DNA from: Azolla caroliniana
Taxonomy: Eukaryota; Plantae; Polypodiophyta
Direction of reading: 5' to 3'
Length of the DNA: 64,000 bases
Assembly (NCBI GenBank): GCA_043228905.1
Contig: JBHGNT010000011.1
Coordinates: 15,872,001 to 15,936,000, forward strand
The notes below the pieces were generated by a model. It made no database searches and was not told where the DNA came from. It saw only the letters and a program-made list of their open reading frames with translations. The translations under genes were made by a program, and so were the position numbers. Below are positions 1-14,539 of the stretch, one piece after another (position 1 is the stretch's first letter; every line of letters starts with the position of its first letter).

Positions 1-154
1 ACGTCTGGGGGTCTCGAAATGGGCGGCGATTCGATGGCCGGCCGCTCGAAGGAAGGAAGGCCATGCTCTCCATTCATGTAAATAAATCTTCCAAACCTCT
101 CTCTCTTTCTCTGTTTCTCTATTTCTCTGCACATGTGTGGGGCCAAAAGAATCC

Positions 155-3100
155 ATGGCGAAGCTCGGTACCTCTCCATCTCCGTCTCCGTCTCCGCGAC
201 CCCCCCTTCTTCTCTTCCTTCCTTCTCCATCGTCCCTGCCGCAGCTCTCTCTCTCCATGAAACACCTCAACCGCAACCCAACATCGAGAACAAGAGGAAA
301 GCGAACGGCGTCATGCTCCATCCGCTCAGATGCAATGAAGGTTTCCTCTGAAGAACTCAAGTCGCAGCTCGAATCGCTACATTCTGAAGCCGAGAGAACT
401 CGAGCTCGAGGTACGGAAAACATTCCATTATATGATACGCGTTGCTTGTAAGTCATCCGTGGTGGATGCTCACAGAACTGTGTGGTAAGTATTCATCATG
501 TCCGGTTTTCCTGTGTTCCAAGAAGAACGGAAGTGCTCGACCAACGTCTTAAATTTTTTAAAGGAGACCATTGGCTATATAGAGACGAAGACAATATATA
601 TTGCGTAGCTTATGGAGTGAGGAAGCTTCTCAGAACTCAAGAAACGTTTTTTATTGTATCTTGTAAATCTTTCATAATATACACATGTTCTGAGTCAGGC
701 ACCCGTGAGATCGCTCAAGAATCCAATGTATGAAAAGTTTTGTTATGTATCAACCGCAGTTTGGTTCCGTGTATGAGGAGAAAAATAAATTCTTTTTGTA
801 TGTATCTATACCTGGTAAATATTTGCGGTCATTATTGGGTGTGTTATCAGAAATGGAACCTTAAATTACTGTAAATCTTCGGTCAACCAACAGAATTTCT
901 AAATTTGCTTCCAACCAAGCCAAGTGTGGATCTTTCTTAGGATAGTTGCATGGACATTGGTTGACAAATATAACGATTCTTAAATAGTATTTAAAGGGAT
1001 GGATCACTTCAGAATTTAGCACTTTTCTGTATCCTCACTTTCTTTGCTTCCTTCCCAGATTCATATCTATCACCTGTCAACTCTTTCACAAAAAGGGTTT
1101 CGTGAGTGTCACCCATGCCATATTTTTGACACTGGTCGAATGAGTATGCTAACAGCTCTAACCTCATTCTTGACTGCCACTGTTGTCAAAGGTGTTGAAC
1201 CCTGTTCGCTCGAAGAAATCATGTAACAAACCTATTGCCAGAGTAGTTGGACCCTATCCCCATGCAAAATTCAAGAATGCAGATAGTTCCATTTATTTTG
1301 GTTATACAAAAGTTTAACATCATCACAAGTGAATGACAAATTGGCCTCAGCAACTGGACTTTGTTCCATTTCGAAAATTGGGAAGCATGTATCTTCACTG
1401 ATAAGAGAGCAGTCACACAATTAATCTTGACACATAACAAAATATTTTGTCATGTAACGATACGAGAGAGTAGTGACACAATTAATCTTGACACACAACA
1501 AAATATTTTGTCATGTAACGATGTATGTAAATAAATTTGTTGTTTGGGTGGTTCTTTGTGTTAGGAAGTATTGGTTAATGAAAATCGCCACCATACAGAC
1601 ACCTCTGTGAATTTTGGGACAGGGTTGAAGACCCTGGAAACTGTAATCGGTTAATGTAGGGCGTAAATTAGGCTAATTAGGAGAATGTAAAACAGACATA
1701 TCCCGCACTTCTCACTCCCACCGGCCAGCTAATAGGGATATACTGATTACCAAACTTGTAATAATGTACTAACTACATGAAATAGGATTCAAATGCCAAT
1801 GTTTTGGCGAGGTACATCTGGCTTTATGTAAATTTTATATGATATAGTACCATTGTATGTTTCAGCGAATGCAGCAAGGGGACGATTCATGCGGCTAACA
1901 GAATCTGTTGAGAAACTGAGGATGCGAGCTCGAATCGAGTTAAAAGCTGGTAAAGAAGAAAGTGCTAGACAACTCATAGCAGAAAAGCAAAAGATCATGC
2001 AAGCATTGGAAAGGTCTAAGAAACGGGCAGAGGTTCTTGAAGAACTTTCCAATAAGCTTGGTGAAGTATGTCAGATCATATTTTTGCTATGTCATATGAA
2101 TAACTTCTGTTCTGAATGATTTTTTGAGCCAAAGTTTGCCAACCATTTGTAATTCTCTCAATGAGATGAGAGGCATAGGATTCAGTAACTGAATGCTTTC
2201 ATAGTGCACAAGAAAAGGGGGTAAATGATAGCAACAGGATCTGGACTCTGTTATGATACTTCTTGTTAGTGGATGATGAAAATTTTGGTATGAATGTTGG
2301 CTCTTGTAGAGGGGTGTGGCAATAGCATTTGGGGTTTAAACAGGTGATTTAGTAACATTAGTTTCAGGCCTTAACATCCTGTAGTGGGAATTATACAAAG
2401 TGATGGTTTTCCCATGCAATTCCTACATTCCAGTCGCTGCATGGGAACATCATCATTCATATTGAATGCATTTTTCATCTTTGGGGAAAGTTGGATATCT
2501 GGTCACATGTCCAAAGGCACTGGTGGCGCAAATCTCTCTTTTGTTTTGCAGCCAGTTTGGGAGGTGAGTTACAACTCCGGAGATGTTGTTTTAATGTCCT
2601 TGAGCACCAGAAACATGACCCATGGAACTAAAAATGTTTTACAAAGCATTCCAGTGGGTCACCATATTCATCTGGTTAGTAATTCATGGAGACCTACTAA
2701 TGTGTGGCATCATCGTCAATGTCAATGTCTTTGTGATCTCCCTCTATCTTAGGTGGTATGGAGATGAGTGCTGTCCTTGTAACTTCAGTGGAAAGCCTAG
2801 AGCTGCTGTCAAGAGCTTTTCTACCAGTTCTTCCAAAGTATGCCTGAACCATCAAATTTACTCAAACTTGATTATGTGCATGCTTAATTAGTTTTTTATT
2901 GTAGTCATATGAGTAGTTTATCCAAAATTAATCCCAATAACGTATAGTTGATTTCTTCAATTAATTCTAATGCATGATATATCTCAATGTTTTGTTTTCA
3001 TGATTTTTTGAAACATTCTGGGACATTGTGAAATGTATCTGATTATTCATTCTGAGTATCTGGCAAAAAAATTTGTTTGTAATGCAAAAAAATTTGTTTG

Positions 3101-3721
3101 TAATGATATATAGTGGGAATTCTGAGCATGTTTTGAAGTTTTATCTTTATTTAAGAGTCTAAAAATCATAATTACCAATGTGTATGCTTCACACATTTGA
3201 TTGATTGTATTGGCAGGAAATGAAATGTATTCGGCAATATGAATGTTTTGCAGGCTATTTCTGGAAAGGAAACACAGCTAATCGCATTACTTTCAACATC
3301 AAACCCAGGCATAGATGACAAGAGCCCTGACAAAGTGACAAGTGTAAGAATTGTTTCACCAAAAGCAGAAGCTCTTGCAGTTGAAGAAAATGTTGGCTTG
3401 GATAATTCTGATCTAGATGAGGATGAGGCAGGGGATACTACATACAATGCTATACCTAATGCAGAGATGGAGCATAGTTTTTCTGAAGATACTAGTAGAC
3501 TAGATAAGGTGGATGATTCCATATCTGCAACTGGATCAGATTCATATATATGTTTCTTGTCAAAGATCGACAAAAATCTTGAAGAATTAGAGACACAATT
3601 ATATGACTTCATTCATGTTGCAACCATGATTCTGCCTGAGGATATTGATTTGACAAGTAATGAGAAGGTAACTACAGTTAACCAGATATGGCATGATGTG
3701 CGAAGTGTAAGGGCAAGGTAA
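155..3721 (+). CDS. Conserved plant coiled-coil protein of unknown function, probably plastid-targeted (resembles Arabidopsis At1g06510 family, from recall)
   Basis: Exons 155-410, 1866-2065 and 3254-3717 join in frame via GT-AG introns: ...LHSEAERTRAR|ANAARGRFMRLTESVEKLR...LSNKLGE|AISGKETQLIALL. The N-terminus is Ser/Pro-rich and transit-peptide-like. ORF-track start 137 is GTG; the first in-frame ATG is 155. The C-terminus is unresolved: either TAA at 3719-3721, or a donor at 3718 splicing to a small last exon such as 4072-4099 (SIGKTSKSP*). Confidence 0.8.
1404..1522. repeat. Intronic tandem duplication, 2 x ~61 bp
   Basis: agagag(c/t)agt(c/g)acacaattaatcttgacaca(t/c)aacaaaatattttgtcatgtaacgat occurs twice in tandem. 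Confidence 0.9.
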
Positions 3722-4341
3722 AATTCACAAAAGATTGTTGTTTTTACCATTTTCTGGAAAATTAATCCCATGCTCAAATATCTCATATATATGCGCTCTC
3801 CAGGATCAAGTTGGTTCAGAATCAAGAAGACATAAACAGACATGGTGATGGTTCTTAATCCTACATCTCTGACATCTCTTATGTCTTATGACAAGTAAGA
3901 TATTTGTATCTTTCCTCAAGCTCCCATACTGTTGAATGTAACATGTAACTTGAACCACCACCGAGTTCTTGAAAACCCAAAGAAAATGATTACAATCGAA
4001 CACAGTGATATCTGTATAATGAGAAACTCAGTAAACTTTCAAAGAACAGTCTACTCGGAGATCATTTGCAGCATAGGGAAGACATCGAAATCTCCTTGAG
4101 TGAAAACATGAATATTCAATATATAGATATGAAATATGTTGAGCATAATGTGGCTGGCTGTGTTCCGTTTAACACACTCAAACAATAGATGTACTCATCC
4201 ATCATTTGAAGTGATTCTCGACATATATTTATAATATGTTCTTTCTCCTTCATAAGAAACACTTGACCGATGTATCTCACAGTTGATGAAATTCCAATGA
4301 AGTATCCTGTCAAATTGCCTGGTCTTTCAAGGCGTGGCACG

Positions 4342-4600
4342 TCAGTTTCATGCGAAGCGGTATTTATGAATTGATAAGAGTATTATCCGAATTCAATCAT
4401 TTGTATTATATAATTCTCGTTTGCCTAAAACTCTTGCTATTGGTTCATCTAAGGTGCACCATTATTGGATAATCATTTTGTCAAAGATATCTCAGTTTCA
4501 TGCAAATTGCTATTTATGATTGATAAGAGTATTATCCAGATTCAATCATCTGTATTCCCAAAAACACTTGTTATTGGCTCATCCAAGTTGCATCCTTATC
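4342..4600. repeat. Diverged tandem duplication, ~150 bp period
   Basis: tcagtttcatgc...tatttatga.ttgataagagtattatcc..attcaatcat.tgtatt...aaaac.cttg.tattgg.tcatc.aag occurs at ~4342 and ~4492. Confidence 0.75.
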
Positions 4601-7308
4601 AGGTAATTATCTTGTCAAAGATATATGAGTGTCACAAGGATTTGGAGCTCACAATCCTTGACGAGAGATTGGCAATTGTGGAGTTCTCTTCCTAATTTGG
4701 AGAAGTATTGCTATATTCAAGGACAAAGAACATCTAACACTCCATCTCTCCATACATTTATATACTGTGTCCACTTGGCTTGAGCCATGTATAGCCTACA
4801 TTGAGCTTGAACCTCCTATATTGTGTATAGATATTATATATGCAGCATAAGAGGGCTCTAAGGATATTACAACTATGATGATTTGATACAAAATTTGTGG
4901 TATTTATGGGTGTTGGCGTAGATTTGACAAGAGATGTAGATAAAAAGTTCTTGATGTGAGTAGAACTCAACACAATACTAGGATACGAAAGAATGCTAAT
5001 GACAATTTAGAAGCAGAACAAGTGTATCCAGCAAATCTTTGTCTTGAAGGTGATATCGAAGGTGGTCTTAAGCGTGAAATGCTATTAGCTATTTAAGGAA
5101 ATCCTGACATTGTATACATGTTAAGCATTCATAGATGGCATAACAATTAGAAACTAAACGTGTATGTATCCCCTCTATCAAAACATTTTTGACAATGTAG
5201 GATTTAATTCCTTGTCTCAGAAACTTGAAAATACCCTTCTAGATTATTTTGCGCATTTAATATTTCCTTTTACTACCTTGTCACATTATGGTCACGACGT
5301 AGTAGTTTAATTGTTGAGGGAAGGTTGTAAATTGTCAGGTATCTCAATCTGACCCTGCGCCTTAACCTGGCTTCCATTCGGTATTATGTACCCATGCGCC
5401 CCTAGCTATATGGGCTGATGGTATGCGATTTCCCACCATTTAAAAATACGGATCAAGTACATATTTTTTATCGCTGTAAGGGTCGGTGTAGTCTCCTCCA
5501 GGGCGTAGCCAGGACCTTTATCATATCATCTGAAACATTAAAAAATCCCCAAATTTCAGTAAAACAAAGTAACTATTGCATGAATCATTTTGTGTTTGGT
5601 TCAGATGCAAAAAGGGAACATCAAGAATTAGATCAAAGTTCCATTATTGATGTAGAAGAAAGAAAAAGAGAGGTCTTAGTGGCTTCTAAATGGCCAAAAT
5701 GGTCTCCAAATTTGATCAAGAGATTAAATCATATCCTAGTTCCAATTTAAATGTTGATATCAGTTGGTTCTTTGAAGCAATGGTCATTCTTCCCTAGTTT
5801 ACTACTGCCATGATGTTAACTCAATCAATTTACAAAAGAAATACAATTTACTAGATAATCAACAAAGTCTTGTGTTTCACAGAGTAGTAAGCAATAAGTT
5901 AGTTCACAATTATTGATTTTATTCTACTATTTCAAAGTTCCATTTCTCTTCAATGTATTGGCCACAAGAAGGCCAACGATATCAGTGGCTATAATTCCCT
6001 GTACTTTTGTAGTTATGTTGCCATGCAAGACGTTGACTTTTAAAAGGTATAGACATGGTATGTCTCTAAAAGAGTAATGTTTCAAAAATGTAAAGTTCAG
6101 AGCGTATGGTTCTGAAGTCATTCTCCTGTTTGCCCAACATGTGAGACACAAACAAGATCCTATCCTGCCACATTCTTTTCCATGCCTCTTTCACCATGTC
6201 ACGACCCCTATCCTGCACAATCACAAAATGCAGATCTTCCTCTGACATATTCTATACCGAACAACAAACCATATCCTCTGAATGAGCAGATTGCACTCAA
6301 GCATGTAGGGTTTGGCCTATCTCCTTGTTCATCCACATCACCACTTCCATGCTCTTATGCCACATTCTATTCAAACGTCCATGATTTTCAGAACATGTTT
6401 CAGTTTCAATCACAACAATATTATTTGAAATTGAACCGACACATTTTATTTGATCAAAGGTGATGCCACAAGCATGATACTAACTAAGGAGTGCATGTAC
6501 CCACCCATATGCAGGACAGATTTCAAGCTGTACATCTGGGCTTGCCTTATTCACCTGTTTCTCCATCAAGTTAATGGCCGTTTGTCCTCGTGCTCCTACA
6601 ATAACACATTAGTTGTCTGATTGGAGAGATTGACCTCGCCGTCAAATCCTCTACTTCAAAGCACAATCTATTCAGAACTTTCAACATCAAAATCATATTG
6701 GCAACTACCAGAATATTTTGTCAAGTATCCAGACTGCCACACAATGCATTACATAATCCAGTTCAAAATCTTACCATTCCTACAATGTAGACAGTTCCCT
6801 CAGCATTATGGTTAAGACATTTCATTCCAATACATTATTGAAAATCTCAGGGAGTAGGCGGCATTATGGTCACAGCACAGGTTAGACGTCAAGGTAGGAT
6901 TATATAGTTATTTAAGACACAGGTTACTGTCACAGAATTAAACACTGCCTTGAAATTCTGAAATTCCAGTTCAAAATTAAAATTTCAAATAATCAGTATG
7001 TCTGTATTAGCATACAACCAATCCAGATGACAACTACCCATGAACTCAATCAAAAAAACTTAAGGAGTTGTGGTTGAAAATGAACCAATAACAAACTCCA
7101 AAAGCTGAATTACCTTTCTCTATAAACATTTCACTCCTCATTGACAAAGTCAAAACACACCAATAGCATGTCAAAAAAACCACCCATGAATTCATAGGCA
7201 TAGTTGAAAAACAATTCAAATTAAAAAAGTCCGTGAATTTGAATTTGTTGGAATTCCGTGATAACTCTAATACCTGCAAATCAGGTCAACAAGAAAAGAA
7301 AGACCAAA

Positions 7309-7370
7309 TCCATGTTTAAACTTGAAAATTTTACCATTTTAATCAACTAGACCCATAAAGAAATTGAAAC
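7309..7370 (-). pseudogene. Fossil FKBP-domain exon downstream of the NPL gene stop codon
   Basis: With one 1-nt frameshift it reads V S I x F M G L V D * N G K I F K F K H G, against FKBP53-type VSVRYIGKLQKNGKIF(DSNIGKSP)FKFRLG. It is preceded by ttttgc with no AG. Confidence 0.65.
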
Positions 7371-7419
7371 GCAAAACCAGATATTCACCTCAAACAACGT
7401 GATACATTCACAATTTTCA

Positions 7420-10401
7420 TTATTTACCCTGTGCAACAAAAACCAAGGAAACAAATATATAATCTACATTTAGATTTTAATTAACAAATATATAATCTAT
7501 CCTACCAAATATGATATAATATAAAGCTTTTTCAAACTTATGATCCTGTTAAAAGAACACTTTGAATATACCTTCTTTCCGGGCTTTTTTTGCTTGCCAT
7601 TTGGTTCTCCCACAGACACATTCTCAGTTTCATAATGCTTTTTGACTTTATGTTGTTTACTAGGAGTTTTATCTTTCCCTTCTTTCAAAGGAGTTCCGTT
7701 GTCATTTTGTAATGATTGTGTATCCAAGGGCTCTTCTTTCTGCTCTGATTCCTTTTTCTTTTTATGTTTCTTCTTCTTCTTCGCACTTTCTGATGTTGCA
7801 TTGGTTTTATCCACTGATGTATCTTGACCATTCTCAGGTGCTCTTGTGGGCTCTGGAGATGGCTTTGTCTCAGATAACCTGAAACATTGTCATCTTCCGT
7901 CTCAAAAAGAATGGTGATACAAATACAATATATACTCTCATTTACAAAAATTGCAGAACTTTGTTTGCTGATCTAATTGGCCGAATTTCCTTTTGATGAA
8001 GGAAATGATAGGAAATTGTAAGGAAATACAAAAACATTCTCTTAGTTTCGTAGAAAAATATGGATACAAACAAAAGAAAATGATGAAAAAAAGACCAAAG
8101 AATATTTTATATAAATTTTCAATGAAAAGTACACAGGATTCAACCAGAGATCAAGGTGCCAAACCCTCATGTAATTAAAAGAGGTTAAGAAAATATTCAA
8201 AGGAAAATCATACAAACCTTTTCTTAGTAGACCGAGTATCTTGGGCTTCAACTTTCCTTTTCTTACTCACAGAAGCATCATTCTTATCATCGTGTTCACT
8301 ACTGACAATGGAATTAGTGACACCATCACTGCTAATACCACCATTAGCTACTACTTCTTTGTTACTCTCCTTACCAGCATCACTGTTCTCATCCCTTGAT
8401 GGTACTGTGGGTATTATTGCTTGTTTGCTTTCTTTAGAGGTCATGGCATTAGTGACACCATCACTGCTAATACCACCATTAGATACTTCTTTCTTACTCT
8501 CCTTACCAGCATCACTATTCTCATCCTTTGATGGTACTATGGGTATTATCTTTGGTTTTCTTTCTTTAGAGACCTTATCATCCTTTGCTTTGAGTTTAAC
8601 TGTATGTTTTTATTGAACGTTAATGGAATCATATCTCCAACAACAGACTATGTAATTCATGAATGTGAAAGGAAATCTATATATATATAGACATATACAT
8701 ATACCTCGTGATTTAGGAAGGGGAATCAGTTCATCTTCATCGGTTGTCTCCTCAACATCCGAATAAACATCATCGTCTTCATATTCATCCTCATTGTCAT
8801 CATCATCTTCTTCTTCTTCTTCTTCATCATCGTCACAAATGAAGTCATCCATACTGAAAGTGGTTATGGAATAAGCAGTGGCAGAAACTATCTAACACCA
8901 GGAAGAAGCAGTGTATTTGCTCTCAAACGTCAACCATACTCAATACACCCTTCAAATGAACCATTAAAGGTAACATATATCCTTTAAGACTGAACTAAAG
9001 GCTAATCGAAGGTGAAGTAGATCCTTTAAACTGCATTATACACTAACTAACAAGGGGAAAATAGAACTAGGTTTATCTGCAATAAAGACATAAATATTAA
9101 AGGGAAAATGGATTCTTTGAACTGAGTAAGATATTAATGTTTGAAGGATACGAACCACCATCTTCATCGTCTTCATCATGACTCTCTTCATCAGAGTATC
9201 CATCGTCTTCCACATCTTCACCAGGCTCATCGTCCTCGTAAGAGCCTTCAAAATACCCAACAAGGTGGACGCTGGCGGATCCTTTGACAGAGATGGCAAT
9301 GTCGTCCTCGAAGTAGAGGTCAAGGGAGCAGCTCTCGGAGATTCCAGGGAGAAGGGAACAGAGATAAAGAGAAGGAGAGGGAGAGGATCCATGACCTGCT
9401 CGGCATTTCACAATGACTCTCTCCCCCTTCACTGGCTTCCTCCCCAGAGTGGCCTGAAATAGGTGTACCATTAAAGTTATAGAAAAACACGGATACAATC
9501 ACATGCACAAAAGCCTGCATAGAAAGGGTGTAGGGTTGGAGGTAAGGAAATGAACTATGGGTACAAAGTGAAAATTTTCCACGTAAAGGATTTGGTAAGT
9601 GGGTGTCTATATTGAAGAATTTTTATTGTAAATATTGCTGCTTTGTGCATGCTCACTATCCCCTAAGGAGTAAGTAAAAAGGGGGTGATTGTGCAGGGTT
9701 GAGGAATGCCTGAGAAAGTAAATCAGAAATGTGAAGATGAAGGTGGAGAGCATTGGTTGGACAAGTGTGATATATATATATATACACATATATACATATA
9801 CATATACACTACTCTGAACTTGTTCAGAGCAAAATAGAACATATACAGATTGGTGTCATGGAATCCATTCATGCCTGAGGCTAAAAACGAAGGAGAAAGA
9901 GAAAAAGAGAGAGATGAAAGAGGTTTAGGCATAAATAGAAGAAGGAGACGGAGATCAGATAGAACAATATGAATCGATACAGAGTGACAGAGAAAGCGAG
10001 AGCATTAAAAATGAACCCACACGGAAAGAGAATGATCCGAGGAGACAGTCAAAATCCATGCTCATATAGACACACACACACACAGGATGATGCTGAATGA
10101 CGATGACGATGAATGATGGAACAATAAGAAATCGACGGAATGAGAGAACGGTCGCAAACCTGGGAGATATGAAGGCGTGAGCCGCCATAGTCAGAGCGAG
10201 CGAGCCTGAACGTCTGCTTCGGCTTCACTTCAACACCTGGGAAAGAAAGAAAAGCACATGACAGTCACAAATTCAATGTCTGCTCACCCCCATAGCTAAT
10301 GAATGCTTCAGAATGAATGGTTGGAGGACTGAAATGGATGGAAGGAAAAAGACGGATGGATGGATGGATGGATGGATAAGAGGCTTACCCCAGAACTCCA
10401 T
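7420..10401 (-). CDS. Nucleoplasmin-like (NPL) domain acidic/basic nucleolar histone chaperone, FKBP53/FKBP43 family, lacking the PPIase domain
   Basis: Exons 10401-10389, 10236-10160, 9453-9152, 8853-8705, 8599-8218, 7878-7572 and 7428-7420 join in frame. The protein begins MEFWGVEVKPKQ...LHISQATLG...LCSLLPG...CSLDLYFEDD...SVKGSASVHLVGYFE (NPL fold), followed by D/E tracts and a K-rich tract, and ends VGEPNGKQKKPGKK|GK*. The last exon is the least certain. Confidence 0.85.
8314..8573. repeat. In-frame coding tandem duplication (135 nt / 45 aa) in NPL gene exon 5
   Basis: ttagtgacaccatcactgctaataccaccattag... starts at 8314 and 8449. The protein repeat is SKExKxxIIPxVPSxDENSDAGKESxKEVxxNGGISSDGVTN. 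Confidence 0.9.
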
Positions 10402-10611
10402 CGCAGGAGAAGAGGTCTCGAGCCGCATATAATCTCTCTCTGTCTCTGTCTCTGTCTCTGTCTCTAGCTCTGTCACCCTCTCTCTGTATCTCTGTTTGTC
10501 GCCTCCCTCTCTCTGTGTGTATGTGTGTCTTCGCGCGCTTCTTATTATGTTCTATTTGTGTTTAAGAGAGTGATTGAGTGAGTGAGTTTGTGTGTGTGTG
10601 TGTGTGTGTTT

Positions 10612-10827
10612 AAACCCTAATATAATTTATGTGTGTGTGTTAAACCCTAATATAATTTGTGTATGTGCATTTGAAACCCTAATATATACATATTTGTGTG
10701 TGTGTGTGTGTGTGTTAAACCCTACTATAATTTGTGTGTGTGCATTTGAAACCCTAATATATTTTGTGTATGTGTGTTTAAACCCTAATATAATATGTGG
10801 GTAGGTCGGTCAGTCGGTAAACCCTAA
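10612..10827. promoter_or_regulatory. Array of seven telo-boxes (AAACCCTA) with (TG)n spacers upstream of the NPL gene
   Basis: AAACCCTA at 10612, 10642, 10674, 10717, 10749, 10780 and 10819, i.e. 210-420 bp upstream of the ATG. Confidence 0.75.
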
Positions 10828-10939
10828 TATAATGTTGTATGCAAAGCGCCTAATTTGTGTGGGTGTGGGTGGGTATACAATGTTGTGTGTGAAGCATTAG
10901 TTTAGACCTCCTCCCCTTGTTTCCATAAGTTATCCTATA

Positions 10940-12300
10940 TTATACAATGGGCGATGGAACACAAACAAGACTACCACGACCGTGAAATTTACGAGCCTTG
11001 CCCATTATGGAACTCACTTTTAGTTCACCAGATGGGGAGATGGGGCACCCAATCCAAATGACAGTGGACAAACAAACACACTTGGCTTCTCCAACAAATA
11101 GCCCAAAAGAGCATAAGAATGATTGGTTGATCGCATCTCCCTTTAGGTTGATGGATTCTTGTGTGAGTGTGGCATATTTCTTATATTTAGACAAACCAAT
11201 GGGGGCACCCTTCCTCAATCATCAAAAGTTGTATGTTGATCACTCCATTCCAACTATCACTTGCCCTATTTATCTTGAAACTAGAACATTGTCCAACTTG
11301 CTTACATTCAATATCAATTGTGTGCCCCCTATTTATTTCCCTTGCTAGATTGCACTCTTCATGCCCGTTTTACTTTGGATACAAACATTCCTTTATCTTC
11401 ATTGGTCCTAGGATCCTTGGTGTCTAAAATCAAACCTTTTATTGAGGATTTCATCCTTTCAAATAAGTTAAGGAATTTCTATTTCTAGTAATTTTGAAGA
11501 TGACAGATGGGTCATTGGATGGTTTGGCTCATCAAAATGGGGCGAATCCTTATCGTATAGATAGTGCATTTGTTTCTAAGCATGCAATTCCTAGAATCAA
11601 GATGGAGATTCCATCTAAAGTAGTTACAAAATGCATTCCACCCCTTAATAGTTTTTTTAGAGGAGTCTCTCGTACCATTGCTTTCAATCTCATTGTTAGT
11701 GTGCATATTTTAATTGCTTTGAGATTGCAGAAACTCACAATTAGATCAACTTTATAAATCCTTCTGACAAATATTTATCCATCAGCATAAACTATCAAGT
11801 AGCACTAATCTTGTTCCAGATTTTGTGCAAGTTCATGCCCTAGTTTTTACAAAAACTTTCGCATCAATATTTACCATTGTCATTTTCAAGATCATTTTCT
11901 TGCTCATGATTCAATATTGGTTTTAGTTTGTATACATACGTCCGAGTTCTAGAACTCTATGAACGTACCTATGATGTCTTCTTAGAGTTCCTTTTATATA
12001 TCATGACTTCTCTGATCATTTCAGCAAGTATTTGGAAGCTTTCAAACCACCATAAGTACATGATTTGTTCTATGGTTTACAAAATTAGTATAATATTGCC
12101 ATAGGGTCAATATATGGGATAACTCTTCCCAACCTCCCTATTCAATGGATCAAACTACAATATCCATTAGCGACTCTAGTTCTTTGCACAAGCTTTGTAA
12201 AGTTGGCAACTCATTTCAATATTGGCATATCCAATACAACATTTGGCTGCATTGCACAATTGGCTACTGAACTCCTTAATAAATTCATTACTTTTTTGAG
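10940..12300 (-). mobile_element. Degenerate retroelement remnant, possibly LINE ORF1 region
   Basis: Broken W/C-rich ORFs with no splice structure. The family assignment is weak. Confidence 0.25.
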
Positions 12301-12781
12301 ATCTTAGTAGAATGATTTGGCTTCGCCCTCATAAAGAGGTATACAAAAGTAAGCTGCTCAAAACAAATAATAAGAACATATAATTTTGAGCGTATCATAT
12401 GCTACACCAGTCTAGTCTAACCTTTTGACTGTTTCAACACAAATATATCTCAACAAAATAAGACCACAACAGCCTATGATTACAATCTTGACAGACACCT
12501 CAATGCCAAGGACATGCCTCATTGTCTGCAGAGTACACCTTGCAAAAATCAGAGATTCAAACATCTAGCAAAATAATTAGAACTTGTTATATGTAAATTT
12601 ACTAAAAACGATCTGATAAACTAAAATAAATCACTAACAAATCCTCTTTTTTTAACAAATAGTCCCTCGGACATGTGAGTGAACATAAAAAAAGGCTTAC
12701 AAATCAAAGAGAGACAATAAGCATTACTCAAATGTCATACAAAATACCAAAATGATTCACAGCATTTTTGCCAAAATGCCA

Positions 12782-12839
12782 TACAAAACGCTTCTATCTA
12801 CTTCAGAGGATTGAACCGAACTCTACAAAACACTTCTAT

Positions 12840-12859
<20 letters not shown>
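12782..12859. repeat. 42-bp-period tandem duplication spanning the RPS15 stop codon
   Basis: tacaaaac(g/a)cttctatctacttcagagga(t/a)tgaacc at 12782 and 12824. Confidence 0.9.
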
Positions 12860-14434
<1,575 letters not shown>

Positions 14435-14530
14435 AGCTGCTTGTACTTCTGAGTTTAGCTTCCGCGGCCGATAGACAGAGAGACAGAGAGCGAGAAGGAG
14501 AAGGAAGAAGGGGAAGATAGGAAACAAAAA

Positions 14531-14539
14531 TTAGGGTTT
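14531..14539 (-). promoter_or_regulatory. Telo-box upstream of RPS15
   Basis: ttagggttt on + (AAACCCTAA on the gene strand), ~100 bp upstream of the ATG. This position is typical of plant ribosomal protein genes. Confidence 0.7.

Noticed and set aside
6066-6600. Further FKBP exons downstream of the NPL gene (GDR..GYG, ELYIFETLL)
   Set aside because: The similarity is too weak to support by eye and needs TBLASTN.
6923-7267. Possible MITE (gtcacagaatt ... aattccgtgat)
   Set aside because: The inverted match is too short and degenerate, and no TSD was found.
10592-10830. CRISPR-like or true telomeric array
   Set aside because: The DNA is eukaryotic, the spacers are (TG)n microsatellite, there are no cas genes, and the units are not contiguous TTTAGGG repeats.
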